Positions 9,221 to 18,700 of a DNA stretch of 64,000 bases are shown one piece after another. The DNA lies in assembly GCA_012841575.1 (NCBI GenBank), contig DUUL01000039.1, positions 38,954 through 102,953 of the forward strand, read 5' to 3'. Below the pieces are notes generated by a model. It was not told the origin of the DNA. It was given only the letters and a program-made list of their open reading frames with translations, and searched no databases. The position numbers and the translations under genes are program-made. This DNA comes from Candidatus Moraniibacteriota bacterium. Its GTDB lineage: Bacteria > Patescibacteriota > Minisyncoccia > Moranbacterales > DUUL01. The stretch's first letter is position 1. The number at the start of each line of letters is the position of its first letter.

Positions 9221-11827
9221 ATGGACACTTTAGCAAGACGACAAATTTTTTTGGATAATTTTATGGGCTTTCCAATCCGGTATGGAGGCTGGGCGATCTC
9301 AGAAGACATTCTTTTTGATATGCTTCAGTTTTGTTTACTAAAAGAGCCAAGGGTTATTTTAGATTTAGGGACGGGTGCCACAACACTTGTTTTAGCAAAA
9401 TATGCTGAGCAAATGAAAAAGAGGGGAGTGGCAGTTAAGATTATTTCAGTAGACTCTGATGCTGAGTGGCTGAGTGATACAAAAGAGCTAATGAAGAAAA
9501 ACAGTCTAGAAAATTTTATTGATTTAATTCATGCACCGATAGTTGAGACAAAGTTTGGCCTTTATTATGAAACAGAGATGATTATAAAGTCATTACAAAA
9601 GGAAAAAATTGATTTAATGACAATCGATGGTCCTCCTGGTATAACCACAAAAGAAGCTCGCTATCCAGCGATGGCTTTTTTTGAAAAATATATGAAAGAA
9701 GATGGCGTAGTTTTTTTAGATGATGGTAGAAGAGAAGAGGAAAAAAATATTATTGTAAGATGGAATAAAGACTTTCCTGTTTGGAAAAGCGAATATCGAG
9801 ACTACATGAAAGGAGCTTTTGTTTTATATAAAGAAAATTCAGGAGTGGAAAGGTTTTTAATTCAGAATCATTTAGGAAAAATCTTTGAAAATGAAGTTGC
9901 AGAAAAGGATAGGTTGATTGAAGAAAGGAATCAATTAATCCAAACTAAAGATCAAAAAATACTAGAAGGCACTCGATTAATCCAACAAAAAGAAATAGAG
10001 TTGCGTGATAAAAATCAAATAATTCAACAAAAAGATCAGAAGATAAAAGAAAAGAATCAATTAATCCAAGCTAAAGATCAAAAAATATCAGAAGACACTC
10101 AATTGATTTGGCAAAAAGAAAGACAATTAGAAGAATTGTCTTTTGCGAAAGATAAGCTAGAAAACTCTAAATCTTTTCAGATTGGTAGTTTGTTTTTTCG
10201 CTCGCTAAAAAATCCAATAAAATGGCTAACTTTTCTAATTAATTTTTCAAGAATTTTATTTAAAAAAACAGTTAATACTAATAGTGAGTTAGTGTCTTTG
10301 GCTGAAGAGGTTCGCGTTGTTGAAGAGTGTCCAAAAATTGCTGTTATTATGACTGCATATAATTCTGAAAAATACATTGCTGAGTCAATTGAGTCAATTC
10401 TAAATCAAACTTACAAAAATATAGAACTGATTGTGATTGATGATTGCAGTAGTGACTCAACAGTTCAAATTGTTGAGGAATATAAAGAGAGAGATGAAAG
10501 AGTTAAATTGATAAAAAGTTACAAAAATAGAGGCACTTATTGGGCGAAAAACTATGCAATTATGTTTTCTGATGCGGAAATTATAACAACCCAAGATTCT
10601 GATGATAAGTCAGACCTAAGAAGAATAGAGTTGCAATACAATCAAATGAAGGAAGCCAGTGCAGATATTTCCTATTGTAACTATGTTCGAGTTGATTCGG
10701 AGGGGAATAGATTATTAAATAGAGGGGTTTATGAAAAAATAGCTATAATGGGAATGATGCTTCACAAAAATGTTTTTAGAAGAATTGGCTATTTTGATTC
10801 AGTTAGATTTGCAGCAGATTCTGAAATGTATGAACGTATAGAAAAGTTCTATGATAAAGAGTTGGTGACACACATTGATAAGCCTCTATATTTTGCATTA
10901 GATAGGGACGGCTCTCTAACAAAGCAGTCAAAAGTTGATTTATCAAATAGTAAAATTGAAAAAAATGGAGAAGAAGATCTTTCCTTTCTTTCGCCTACGC
11001 GACAAGAGTATGTAAAAAAATACAGAAATTGGCACAATAATAGTCAATGCTTTATGCCATTTCCTTTACTAAAAAGACCTTTTTCGGTTCCAGAAAAAAT
11101 GATTAAAGATCTTGACGAGGAGGATCAATTAATTGTTGTTTCTATGGCAAGTTTTCCAGCAAGAAAAAATCTCTTAAAAGATGTTGTTGATAAGGTATTG
11201 CCACAAGTAGATAGTCTAAACATCTACTTAAATGAATATAAAAGCATTCCTAGTTTTCTGAAGAGAGATAATATAAATGTTGTTCTGGGGGAAGACGAGG
11301 CAGGGGATCTTAGGGATAATGGAAAATTTTATTTTTTAGACAAGCTTAGTGAAAACACATTTCACCTTACAATTGATGATGACATTCACTATCCAGATGA
11401 CTATGTCTCTAAAATGGTTGCTAAAATAATGTTCTATGATAAGAAGGCGCTTGTTGGAGTGCATGGGGTGTTTTTTCACAAAAAACTAGAGCGGTTTTTC
11501 TTGAATAGACAAGTTTTTCATTTTGGAGAATTCTTGAAAAAAGATTTATTTGTAAATTTAGTCGGAACTGGAACCTCTGCTTATCATGTTTCTACTCTTA
11601 ATGATTTATCATTAGATGAGTTTAAACAGAAGGGCATGGTGGACTTATGGCTTGCAATTGCTTGCAAAAAAAGAGGCGTTCCAGTAGTTTCAGTGGAGAG
11701 AGGCGAAAATTGGTTGAGTGAGATGGAAAGCGATACTCCTTCGCTTTGGGAGGAATTTAAAGACGATGATGAGGAGCAAACAAAAATTTTTAAAGAATTT
11801 AATAATTGGGATGTCATTAAGCTCTAA
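9221..11827 (+). CDS. multidomain protein: methyltransferase, coiled coil, GT2, second GT-A-like domain
   Basis: LDLGTGATT, IDGPPG, FLDDG (MTase); heptad repeats; VIMTAYNSE/VIDDCSSD/QDSDD (GT2); SMASFPAR/TIDDDIHYP. Confidence 0.85.
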   Translation: MDTLARRQIFLDNFMGFPIRYGGWAISEDILFDMLQFCLLKEPRVILDLGTGATTLVLAKYAEQMKKRGVAVKIISVDSDAEWLSDTKELMKKNSLENFIDLIHAPIVETKFGLYYETEMIIKSLQKEKIDLMTIDGPPGITTKEARYPAMAFFEKYMKEDGVVFLDDGRREEEKNIIVRWNKDFPVWKSEYRDYMKGAFVLYKENSGVERFLIQNHLGKIFENEVAEKDRLIEERNQLIQTKDQKILEGTRLIQQKEIELRDKNQIIQQKDQKIKEKNQLIQAKDQKISEDTQLIWQKERQLEELSFAKDKLENSKSFQIGSLFFRSLKNPIKWLTFLINFSRILFKKTVNTNSELVSLAEEVRVVEECPKIAVIMTAYNSEKYIAESIESILNQTYKNIELIVIDDCSSDSTVQIVEEYKERDERVKLIKSYKNRGTYWAKNYAIMFSDAEIITTQDSDDKSDLRRIELQYNQMKEASADISYCNYVRVDSEGNRLLNRGVYEKIAIMGMMLHKNVFRRIGYFDSVRFAADSEMYERIEKFYDKELVTHIDKPLYFALDRDGSLTKQSKVDLSNSKIEKNGEEDLSFLSPTRQEYVKKYRNWHNNSQCFMPFPLLKRPFSVPEKMIKDLDEEDQLIVVSMASFPARKNLLKDVVDKVLPQVDSLNIYLNEYKSIPSFLKRDNINVVLGEDEAGDLRDNGKFYFLDKLSENTFHLTIDDDIHYPDDYVSKMVAKIMFYDKKALVGVHGVFFHKKLERFFLNRQVFHFGEFLKKDLFVNLVGTGTSAYHVSTLNDLSLDEFKQKGMVDLWLAIACKKRGVPVVSVERGENWLSEMESDTPSLWEEFKDDDEEQTKIFKEFNNWDVIKL
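9921..10128 (+). repeat. imperfect direct repeat, period 126 nt (42 aa), in the coiled-coil region
   Basis: aagaaaggaatcaattaatccaaactaaagatcaaaaaata at 9921 vs aagaaaagaatcaattaatccaagctaaagatcaaaaaata at 10047. Confidence 0.85.
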
Positions 11828-11885
11828 GTCAAATCAATAGCGATTTGTGGATGAATTTTTTTAAAACAATAAAAATTAATTTTAT

Positions 11886-13799
11886 ATGAAAGATTTTTCT
11901 ATCATCATTCCTTGCTATAACCTTGGTGATTTATTACCCAAGGCAGTTAAGTCTGCAATGAAACAAACTTTGGAAAATATCGAAGTTATTGTGGTGGATG
12001 ATGCTTCTCCAGATAAGAAAACACAAAAGGTTTTGGATGAGATAGAAAAAGAAGTAAAAGTTATCCGCTTGAAAGAAAACGGAGGTGTCTCAGTTGCGCG
12101 TAATGCAGGAATTGAGGCTTCACAAGGCAAATACATTCTTTGTTTAGATGCTGATGATCATATTGAACCAACTTACCTAGAAAAAGCCTTTAATATCTTC
12201 GAGTCTGATAAAAATGTAGGCATTGTTAGTTGTTGGCTGAAGTCGTTTGGGTCGACTGATGCGGTTTGGACTCCCGAAGATAAGGTTGAAATTAGAGATG
12301 CTTTAATCAACCCTCCAGTTCACACTGCTTCCTGTTTTCGCAAGAAAGATTGGCAAGAAGGAGGAATCTATGATCCAAAGTTAAGAGGATTTGAAGACTG
12401 GGATCATTGGTTAAGAATTATGAAAATTCGTCCTTTAGTGCGAGTGATTCCAGAGTTTTTATTTAATTATTATGTACGCTCGGGATCTAAAGTGGAGACT
12501 TCAAACAGAAACTCTTTTGAATTGACCAGTCGCATTATTGAAAATCATGAAGATCTATACCAGAGATATTTTTCTTATGTTATTGCAAAAAAACAGGAAA
12601 TATTTGCGCTAAATGTAAATGAAATGAGAGCCAAGGAGTTAGAGCTTGAAAGTGTTGTTAATCTTCTAAGACAAAAAAATGAGGAAATAGAGTTAATTAA
12701 AAATTCTAAATTTTGGAAACTAAGGGAATTTTACTTAACAATAAAGCACTGGTTAATTTTTGTGTTCCTTAATCCAAGAAAATTTATTAAGAATCTATTT
12801 TATCAACCCCCAAAACCCCTGCAGAAAGTTGAGGTTGACAAGAAAATAGAAAAAAGGGGAGATGAAATCAAAGACTTCAAGGATGAAATAGCTGTTATTA
12901 AGCAATTCTCGGAGAGCAACAATAAGCCATCTGTGAGAATAAACAAAAGAAAGCTTTCCGTGGTTATGCTGAGCTTAAATAGACTAGAAGATACTAAGAA
13001 AAGCATTAAAGCTCTTTATGAGAATATTAATTTTCCTTTTGAGTTTATTATTTTAGACAATGGATCTGATGATGATGTGGTCGAATCTCTTAAAAAACTG
13101 GCAGAACAAAAAAGCAATATTAAGTTAGTGCTAGAAAAGGAAAATTTAGGTTGTGCTGGTGGGCGCAATAAGGCATTTAGTTTAGCAACGGGAGATTATA
13201 TCTTGTCAGTAGATAATGATATCATTATTACTAAGTATGCAGTTGAAAACCTAATAGAGACTTTGGAAAATAACAAGGAGGTTGTAGGTGCTTGTTGCAA
13301 AACAGTTTTTCCCGATGGGAGCATCCAGTTTAACGGTGGAGACTCTACGGTGAAGGGCAAATTTATAAAGTTTTCTTTAACTGATCGAGGGAAAAAATAT
13401 AATGATGACACAACCTTCGAGCAAACAACTTGTGATTGGATTCCAGGCGGGGCTACCATGTGGAAATCATTCATCATTAAAGAGGTGGATATTGATCCAA
13501 AAATGAAAGGCTCTTTTGAAGACAATGATTACTCTGTGATGTTAAAAAAGAAAGGATTTGCTTTGAGCAATTGCCCAAAAGCAATTGTAATTCACAATCA
13601 TATTAATTTTAACAAAAAAGCAAAAGAGGATAAAAAATATATAGAAAGCAGGTATAATCAAGAAAGAATAAAGGCAGCCTTAATAAGATTCTATCAGAAG
13701 CACGGATTAATAATAAGAGATTGCTACCTTAGTGAGTTGAAGCTAGATATTAATGATGATGATGCATTAATTGAGTATTTTGAAAAGCATAAGACTTAG
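11886..13799 (+). CDS. double GT2 glycosyltransferase
   Basis: SIIIPCYN/VVDDAS/LDADD, then SVVMLSLN/LDNGSDD/VDNDI/EDND. Confidence 0.9.
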   Translation: MKDFSIIIPCYNLGDLLPKAVKSAMKQTLENIEVIVVDDASPDKKTQKVLDEIEKEVKVIRLKENGGVSVARNAGIEASQGKYILCLDADDHIEPTYLEKAFNIFESDKNVGIVSCWLKSFGSTDAVWTPEDKVEIRDALINPPVHTASCFRKKDWQEGGIYDPKLRGFEDWDHWLRIMKIRPLVRVIPEFLFNYYVRSGSKVETSNRNSFELTSRIIENHEDLYQRYFSYVIAKKQEIFALNVNEMRAKELELESVVNLLRQKNEEIELIKNSKFWKLREFYLTIKHWLIFVFLNPRKFIKNLFYQPPKPLQKVEVDKKIEKRGDEIKDFKDEIAVIKQFSESNNKPSVRINKRKLSVVMLSLNRLEDTKKSIKALYENINFPFEFIILDNGSDDDVVESLKKLAEQKSNIKLVLEKENLGCAGGRNKAFSLATGDYILSVDNDIIITKYAVENLIETLENNKEVVGACCKTVFPDGSIQFNGGDSTVKGKFIKFSLTDRGKKYNDDTTFEQTTCDWIPGGATMWKSFIIKEVDIDPKMKGSFEDNDYSVMLKKKGFALSNCPKAIVIHNHINFNKKAKEDKKYIESRYNQERIKAALIRFYQKHGLIIRDCYLSELKLDINDDDALIEYFEKHKT

Positions 13800-13843
13800 C
13801 TGCAAATTTTAAAAGAGATATTTAATCAGTAAACAATAATGAA

Positions 13844-14770
13844 ATGAAAATTCTAGCAGTTGGAGGTGCAGGCTTTATTGGTTCAAATCTAGTCGATGCT
13901 TTAATAAAAAATCGACATCAAGTAGTTGTTTTGGACAATTTGAGTAGCGGACAGAAAAAAAATATTAATCCAAAGGCAACTTTTTATAAAGCAGACTTAC
14001 AAAATTTTAAAAGGGTAGAGCAAATTTTCAAAAAAGAAAAGCCGGAAGCAATTTTTCACTTAGCGGCGCAGATTGATGTTCGCAAATCGGTTGAAGATCC
14101 AATTTATGACGCTGAAATTAATATTATTAGCAGCTTGAATTTAATTCGTTTAGCTCAGCAATACAAAGTCAAGAAGTTTATTTTTTCCTCTAGTGGAGGA
14201 GCAATTTATGGAGAGACAGAAGATCGACCAACCAAGGAAAATCACCCAGAATGTCCGCTTTCGCCCTATGGAATCGGCAAGCTAGCGATTGATAAGTATC
14301 TAGACTATTTTTATCAGGTGCATGGCTTGAAATATGCTTCGCTGCGCTATGCAAACGTTTATGGACCACGCCAAAATCATAGAGGAGAGGCGGGGGTGGT
14401 GGCAATCTTTATCAATAAAATGCTCAGCGGGGAGCAGCCAATTATTAATGGAGATGGTAGGCAAACTAGAGACTATGTTTTTGTGGACGATGTTGTGCAA
14501 GCTAATATATTGGCACTGCGCAATCTGAATAAGGTTGGTGCCTATAACATTGGATCTGGTCTAGAGACTAGTGTGAATGAGTTGTTTCAAGCAATCAATC
14601 AACATTTTGATAATCAATTTAGAGAAAAACATGGGCCAGGAAAGTTGGGTGAGCAGAGAACTAGCTCGTTAAATGCAAGGAGAGCACGGCAAGAACTAGG
14701 CTGGAAGTCAATCATTAAATTAAGAGATGGGATTAGGGAAACTGTAAATTGGTTTAAAGATAATAATTAA
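13844..14770 (+). CDS. NAD-dependent sugar epimerase (UDP-glucose 4-epimerase-like)
   Basis: GGAGFIGS, SSSGGAIYG, YGIGK (YxxxK), RYANVYGPRQ, RDYVFVDD. Confidence 0.9.
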   Translation: MKILAVGGAGFIGSNLVDALIKNRHQVVVLDNLSSGQKKNINPKATFYKADLQNFKRVEQIFKKEKPEAIFHLAAQIDVRKSVEDPIYDAEINIISSLNLIRLAQQYKVKKFIFSSSGGAIYGETEDRPTKENHPECPLSPYGIGKLAIDKYLDYFYQVHGLKYASLRYANVYGPRQNHRGEAGVVAIFINKMLSGEQPIINGDGRQTRDYVFVDDVVQANILALRNLNKVGAYNIGSGLETSVNELFQAINQHFDNQFREKHGPGKLGEQRTSSLNARRARQELGWKSIIKLRDGIRETVNWFKDNN

Positions 14771-14790
14771 TTTTTTTAGATATTTTTAAA

Positions 14791-15699
14791 ATGAAGGTAA
14801 GTGTTATTATTCCAGTTTACAATAATGCGGACTTAACCAAAGAATGCTTGGCTAGTATTTTTTCTGTTGGCGCAAAATATGATTTTGAAGTAATCGTGGT
14901 TGATAATGCCTCTAGTGATCATACTGACAAGGTGTTAGCTGAGTTTTCTGATCAAGTCTCTATTATTAAAAATAAGGAGAATTTAGGATTTGCGAAGGCT
15001 TGCAATCAAGGGGCAAAAAAGGCAAGTGGACAGTTTGTGATTTTCTTGAATAATGATACCATAGTAACAAGAGGTTGGCTGGATGAGCTAGTTTTTGTAG
15101 CTGAAAATAACGCTCAGGTTGGAGTGGTGGGCGCTAAATTGCTTTACCCAGATGAAACCATTCAGCACGCAGGAGTGGTTTTTGCTGTAAATTTTTTACC
15201 TTACCATGTTTACAAAAAAGAACTAAAAGATAGTCGTTTTGTCAATCGAGAAAAAGAATATCAAGCTGTAACGGGTGCTTGTCTTTTAATAGAAAAGGAA
15301 TTTTTTCAAAAATTAAAGGGCTTTGATGAAATCTATCAAAATGGTTTAGAAGATGTTGACTTGTGTCTAAAGGTTAGAAAAAACGGGAGAAAGGTTATTT
15401 ATTGCCCCAAAAGTGTTGTTTATCATTATGAAAGTATGACGGAAGGACGAGGAGGGGGGTTAGCACACAACGAGCGAGTGTTTTTGCAAAAATGGCAAAA
15501 AAAGATTGAAGTGGATGACAGGAAGCAGTTGTTAAAGGATGGATACTTTGATGATAAGCCAACATTAGCGACAGCCCTTGAAGTAAGAGATGGGAGGATA
15601 TTTTTTTTGGAAAAGAAAATTGATTTGATGGAAAATTCTTTTTTCTGGAGGGTTAGAAATTTCTATTTAAAATCAAAATCATTATTTAGATTTAGATAA
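14791..15699 (+). CDS. GT2 glycosyltransferase (WbbL-like family)
   Basis: VIIPVYN, VVDNASSD, NLGFAKACNQG, FLNND, AVTGACL, EDVDLC. Confidence 0.9.
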   Translation: MKVSVIIPVYNNADLTKECLASIFSVGAKYDFEVIVVDNASSDHTDKVLAEFSDQVSIIKNKENLGFAKACNQGAKKASGQFVIFLNNDTIVTRGWLDELVFVAENNAQVGVVGAKLLYPDETIQHAGVVFAVNFLPYHVYKKELKDSRFVNREKEYQAVTGACLLIEKEFFQKLKGFDEIYQNGLEDVDLCLKVRKNGRKVIYCPKSVVYHYESMTEGRGGGLAHNERVFLQKWQKKIEVDDRKQLLKDGYFDDKPTLATALEVRDGRIFFLEKKIDLMENSFFWRVRNFYLKSKSLFRFR

Positions 15700-15712
15700 G
15701 TAGACGCTTAAC

Positions 15713-18700
15713 ATGAGCAAAATCAAAAATTTTATTGCTGACATTATTATTCCACATCACGACAGAATTGATTTGCTGGAAAACTGTCTTAGTTTTATTG
15801 ACCAAAGAAAGTTCAATGTGATCGTAGAGAGTGGGGGAACTTTTGCGCAAAATTGCAACCGTGGAGCCAAGAAAGCTTTAACTGAAAAGCTTATTTTTTT
15901 AAATGATGATGTGGAAATTGAAAACTCTTTGCTTTTAGAAATGTGTGATAAAAAATCAGATATTGTTGGAATTTCTCAGACAATCGAGCATTTTCCTGGA
16001 GTAATTTTTGGCTTGGGTATGAATTTTAGTCGAGAAAAGTTGTCAATCTCATTTTCAATGAATCGAGAAGAATTATTTTTTCCTTCTGGATTTTGTTTTT
16101 TAATTAAAAAGAAATGCTGGGAGCAATTGAATGGTCTTGATGAAGTGTATCAAAATGGTCATGAAGATGTGGATCTTTTTATGCGAGCAATCGAGGCAAA
16201 AGCAAGTTTTGCTTTTATTGATCGACCAGCTAGACACCTGCACAGTCAATCAGCAGGAAGACATGATAATCATGATAGAAATACAAATTTATTTTGGGAA
16301 AGATGGAATGAATTGAGAATTGAAAATTTGTTAAGAGAAAATAAAGATCGGTTAGTAGTAGATCGGGGATTTTTTAAGTGGAAAAATTTTGAACGAGGCT
16401 TAGATGAAAGCGACTTTAGCCAAAAATTTAGAGAGTTTTATTTAGATAAAGAGACAGCTGAGATTGAATTTTCTGATAATATTGATCTAGAGAATGAGTT
16501 GGTGCAAAGAAATTCATTTTGTGTCAACTTTAAAGACGCTAAATTTACTCAGCTTTTCAAAAAACTAAGTCTAGAAAAAAAGTTTAATGAAGGAGTACAA
16601 GTTTTTTTATTAATGGGAGATTATGGCAAATTTTTCAAAATCAATCCAAATTTAGATCAGTCATATTTAGATCATTACAGTAATTTTAGCCTTTGGTTTG
16701 CAAAAAAAGAGTTGCTAACTGCTTCTTTTATTTCTCATTCAGCTGGTCGCTATGGAGCAGAAAAATCATTATCCAATCTTTTGCAAGAAATCACTCAACG
16801 AGGAGTTTTGGCACAGGTAATTATTCCAGAAAATGGCCCGATTGAAGAAGAGTTACTTGACTTGCCAATTGCATTAGAAATTTGTGAAACTCCCTGGAGC
16901 ACAAAACAAAAGGATTTAGTGCGAGTGAGTATTCTGAGAAAATTAGTCATGGAAAAAGCAATTGAATCTGGCAGGAAAATTGCTAGATTTGGAGCAGATT
17001 TAGTTTTTAGTAATACTTCGGTGATTGATGGAGGTGCTTGGGCGGCAAAAATGCTTAATCTTCCTCACATCTGGCGAGTTCTGGAGTATGGCAGGAAAGA
17101 ACACTCCATTGATTTTATTGATACAATTGAAAATAGAATTAAGTTTATTAATCAATATTCTGACAAGATTATTTTCTCTTCAGAAGGCTTGCAAAATTTT
17201 TATGGCAAAGAAATTGGATTTGATAAATTAGCGGTGGTGCCTGAAATTTTTGATCTTGAAGAGAAGGGAGATGAGAGCTTCACTCAATTAAAAACTTATT
17301 TTAAGAATAAAAAAGCCTTAAAAATATTAGTTATTGGTAACTTAGCCGAGGGAAAGCGACAAGAAGAGGCTGTTTTGGCAGTCAGTGATTTGGTAAAGCA
17401 AGGGAAAGAGGTGGAATTATTTTTAGCTGGTGGTCATGAAGATGAGAGTTATTTAACCAAGATTAAAGAGCTTATCGCTGTTAATGATTTAGCAAAAAAC
17501 GTTACACTGGGAGGTTATTGTTCTGAGATAAGGCAGTTAATGCAACAAGCAGATGTTGTTTTGTCTTGTTCAATTCTTGAAGGATTTGGGCGAACTTTGG
17601 TTGAGGCAATGTTGCAACGCAAGGCAGTTATAGGAGCTGCTTCCGGCGGAGTTAAGGAGTTAATTCAAGAGGGTCAAAATGGATTTCTTTATAAACCAGG
17701 AGACTATCGTGAATTAGCAGAAAAATTAAACTATTTGATTGAAAACTCTCAGGAAATTGCTCTATTGGGAGAAAAAGGCTATGCTTTTGCTCGAGAGCGC
17801 TTTCAAACTAAAGTTACTGCGGAGAAAGCCGTTAATCTTTTAAAGGAAGTTAAAAGTCAATCTAAGTTAACTGGACCCAATCAGGTAACTGTTGACTTTT
17901 TGGATGATTTTAGTCAAGAAACAGAAAATAGTCTAGCGGTTCTTTTGGAAAAAGAGAGACAACTTGTTGACCAAATAAGCAAGAATCAAATTATAACTAA
18001 TTCTAAATTTTGGAAAATGCGTAATTTTTACCTAAAATTAAAACATTGGCTGACTTTTGTTTTTCTCAATCCACGTAAGTTTTTCAAAAAAAGCATTAGA
18101 TTGCTTAAAAAAGCTTTTAATATTTTTAAAGAAAAAGGTTGGCGAGGGTTTTGGAAGGAATTAAAAATATTTTTAGCTAAAAATGGAATTTTGAAACCAA
18201 AAGCAGTCATTACTTGCAAGGATTTTTTGATTGTCTCTGGTTGTTATTTGGAAATGCCTCAAAAATATCGTTGTGATTTTCAAAAAGAGCAATTAGAAAA
18301 GCATGGACTAAAAGGAGACTTTCAATTTTTTACCGCAATTAATGATGCTTGGTTAAAATACTATGATGTCTTTATTTTTTACCGTACACCGATTACTCCA
18401 GCGGTGGAGTCTTTCATTAAACAAGCTAAGAAGTTGAATAAACTAGTTATTTTTGACATTGATGACTTAGTTTTTGATGAAAATTTAGTGAAAGGAAAGC
18501 ATGAATTTAAAGCGATGAATGCAGAGGAGAAAAAGATTTATCTGGATGGAATTCGGCGTCACAGAAAAACTATGCAATTGTGTGATTTTGGAATTGCTTC
18601 AACTGAAACAATCGCCGAGTATATGCGAAAAATCATTCCAACGGTTCTAATTAATCGCAATTCAGTGCCAGATGCATTGCTTGAACGTTCCAAAAAAGCA

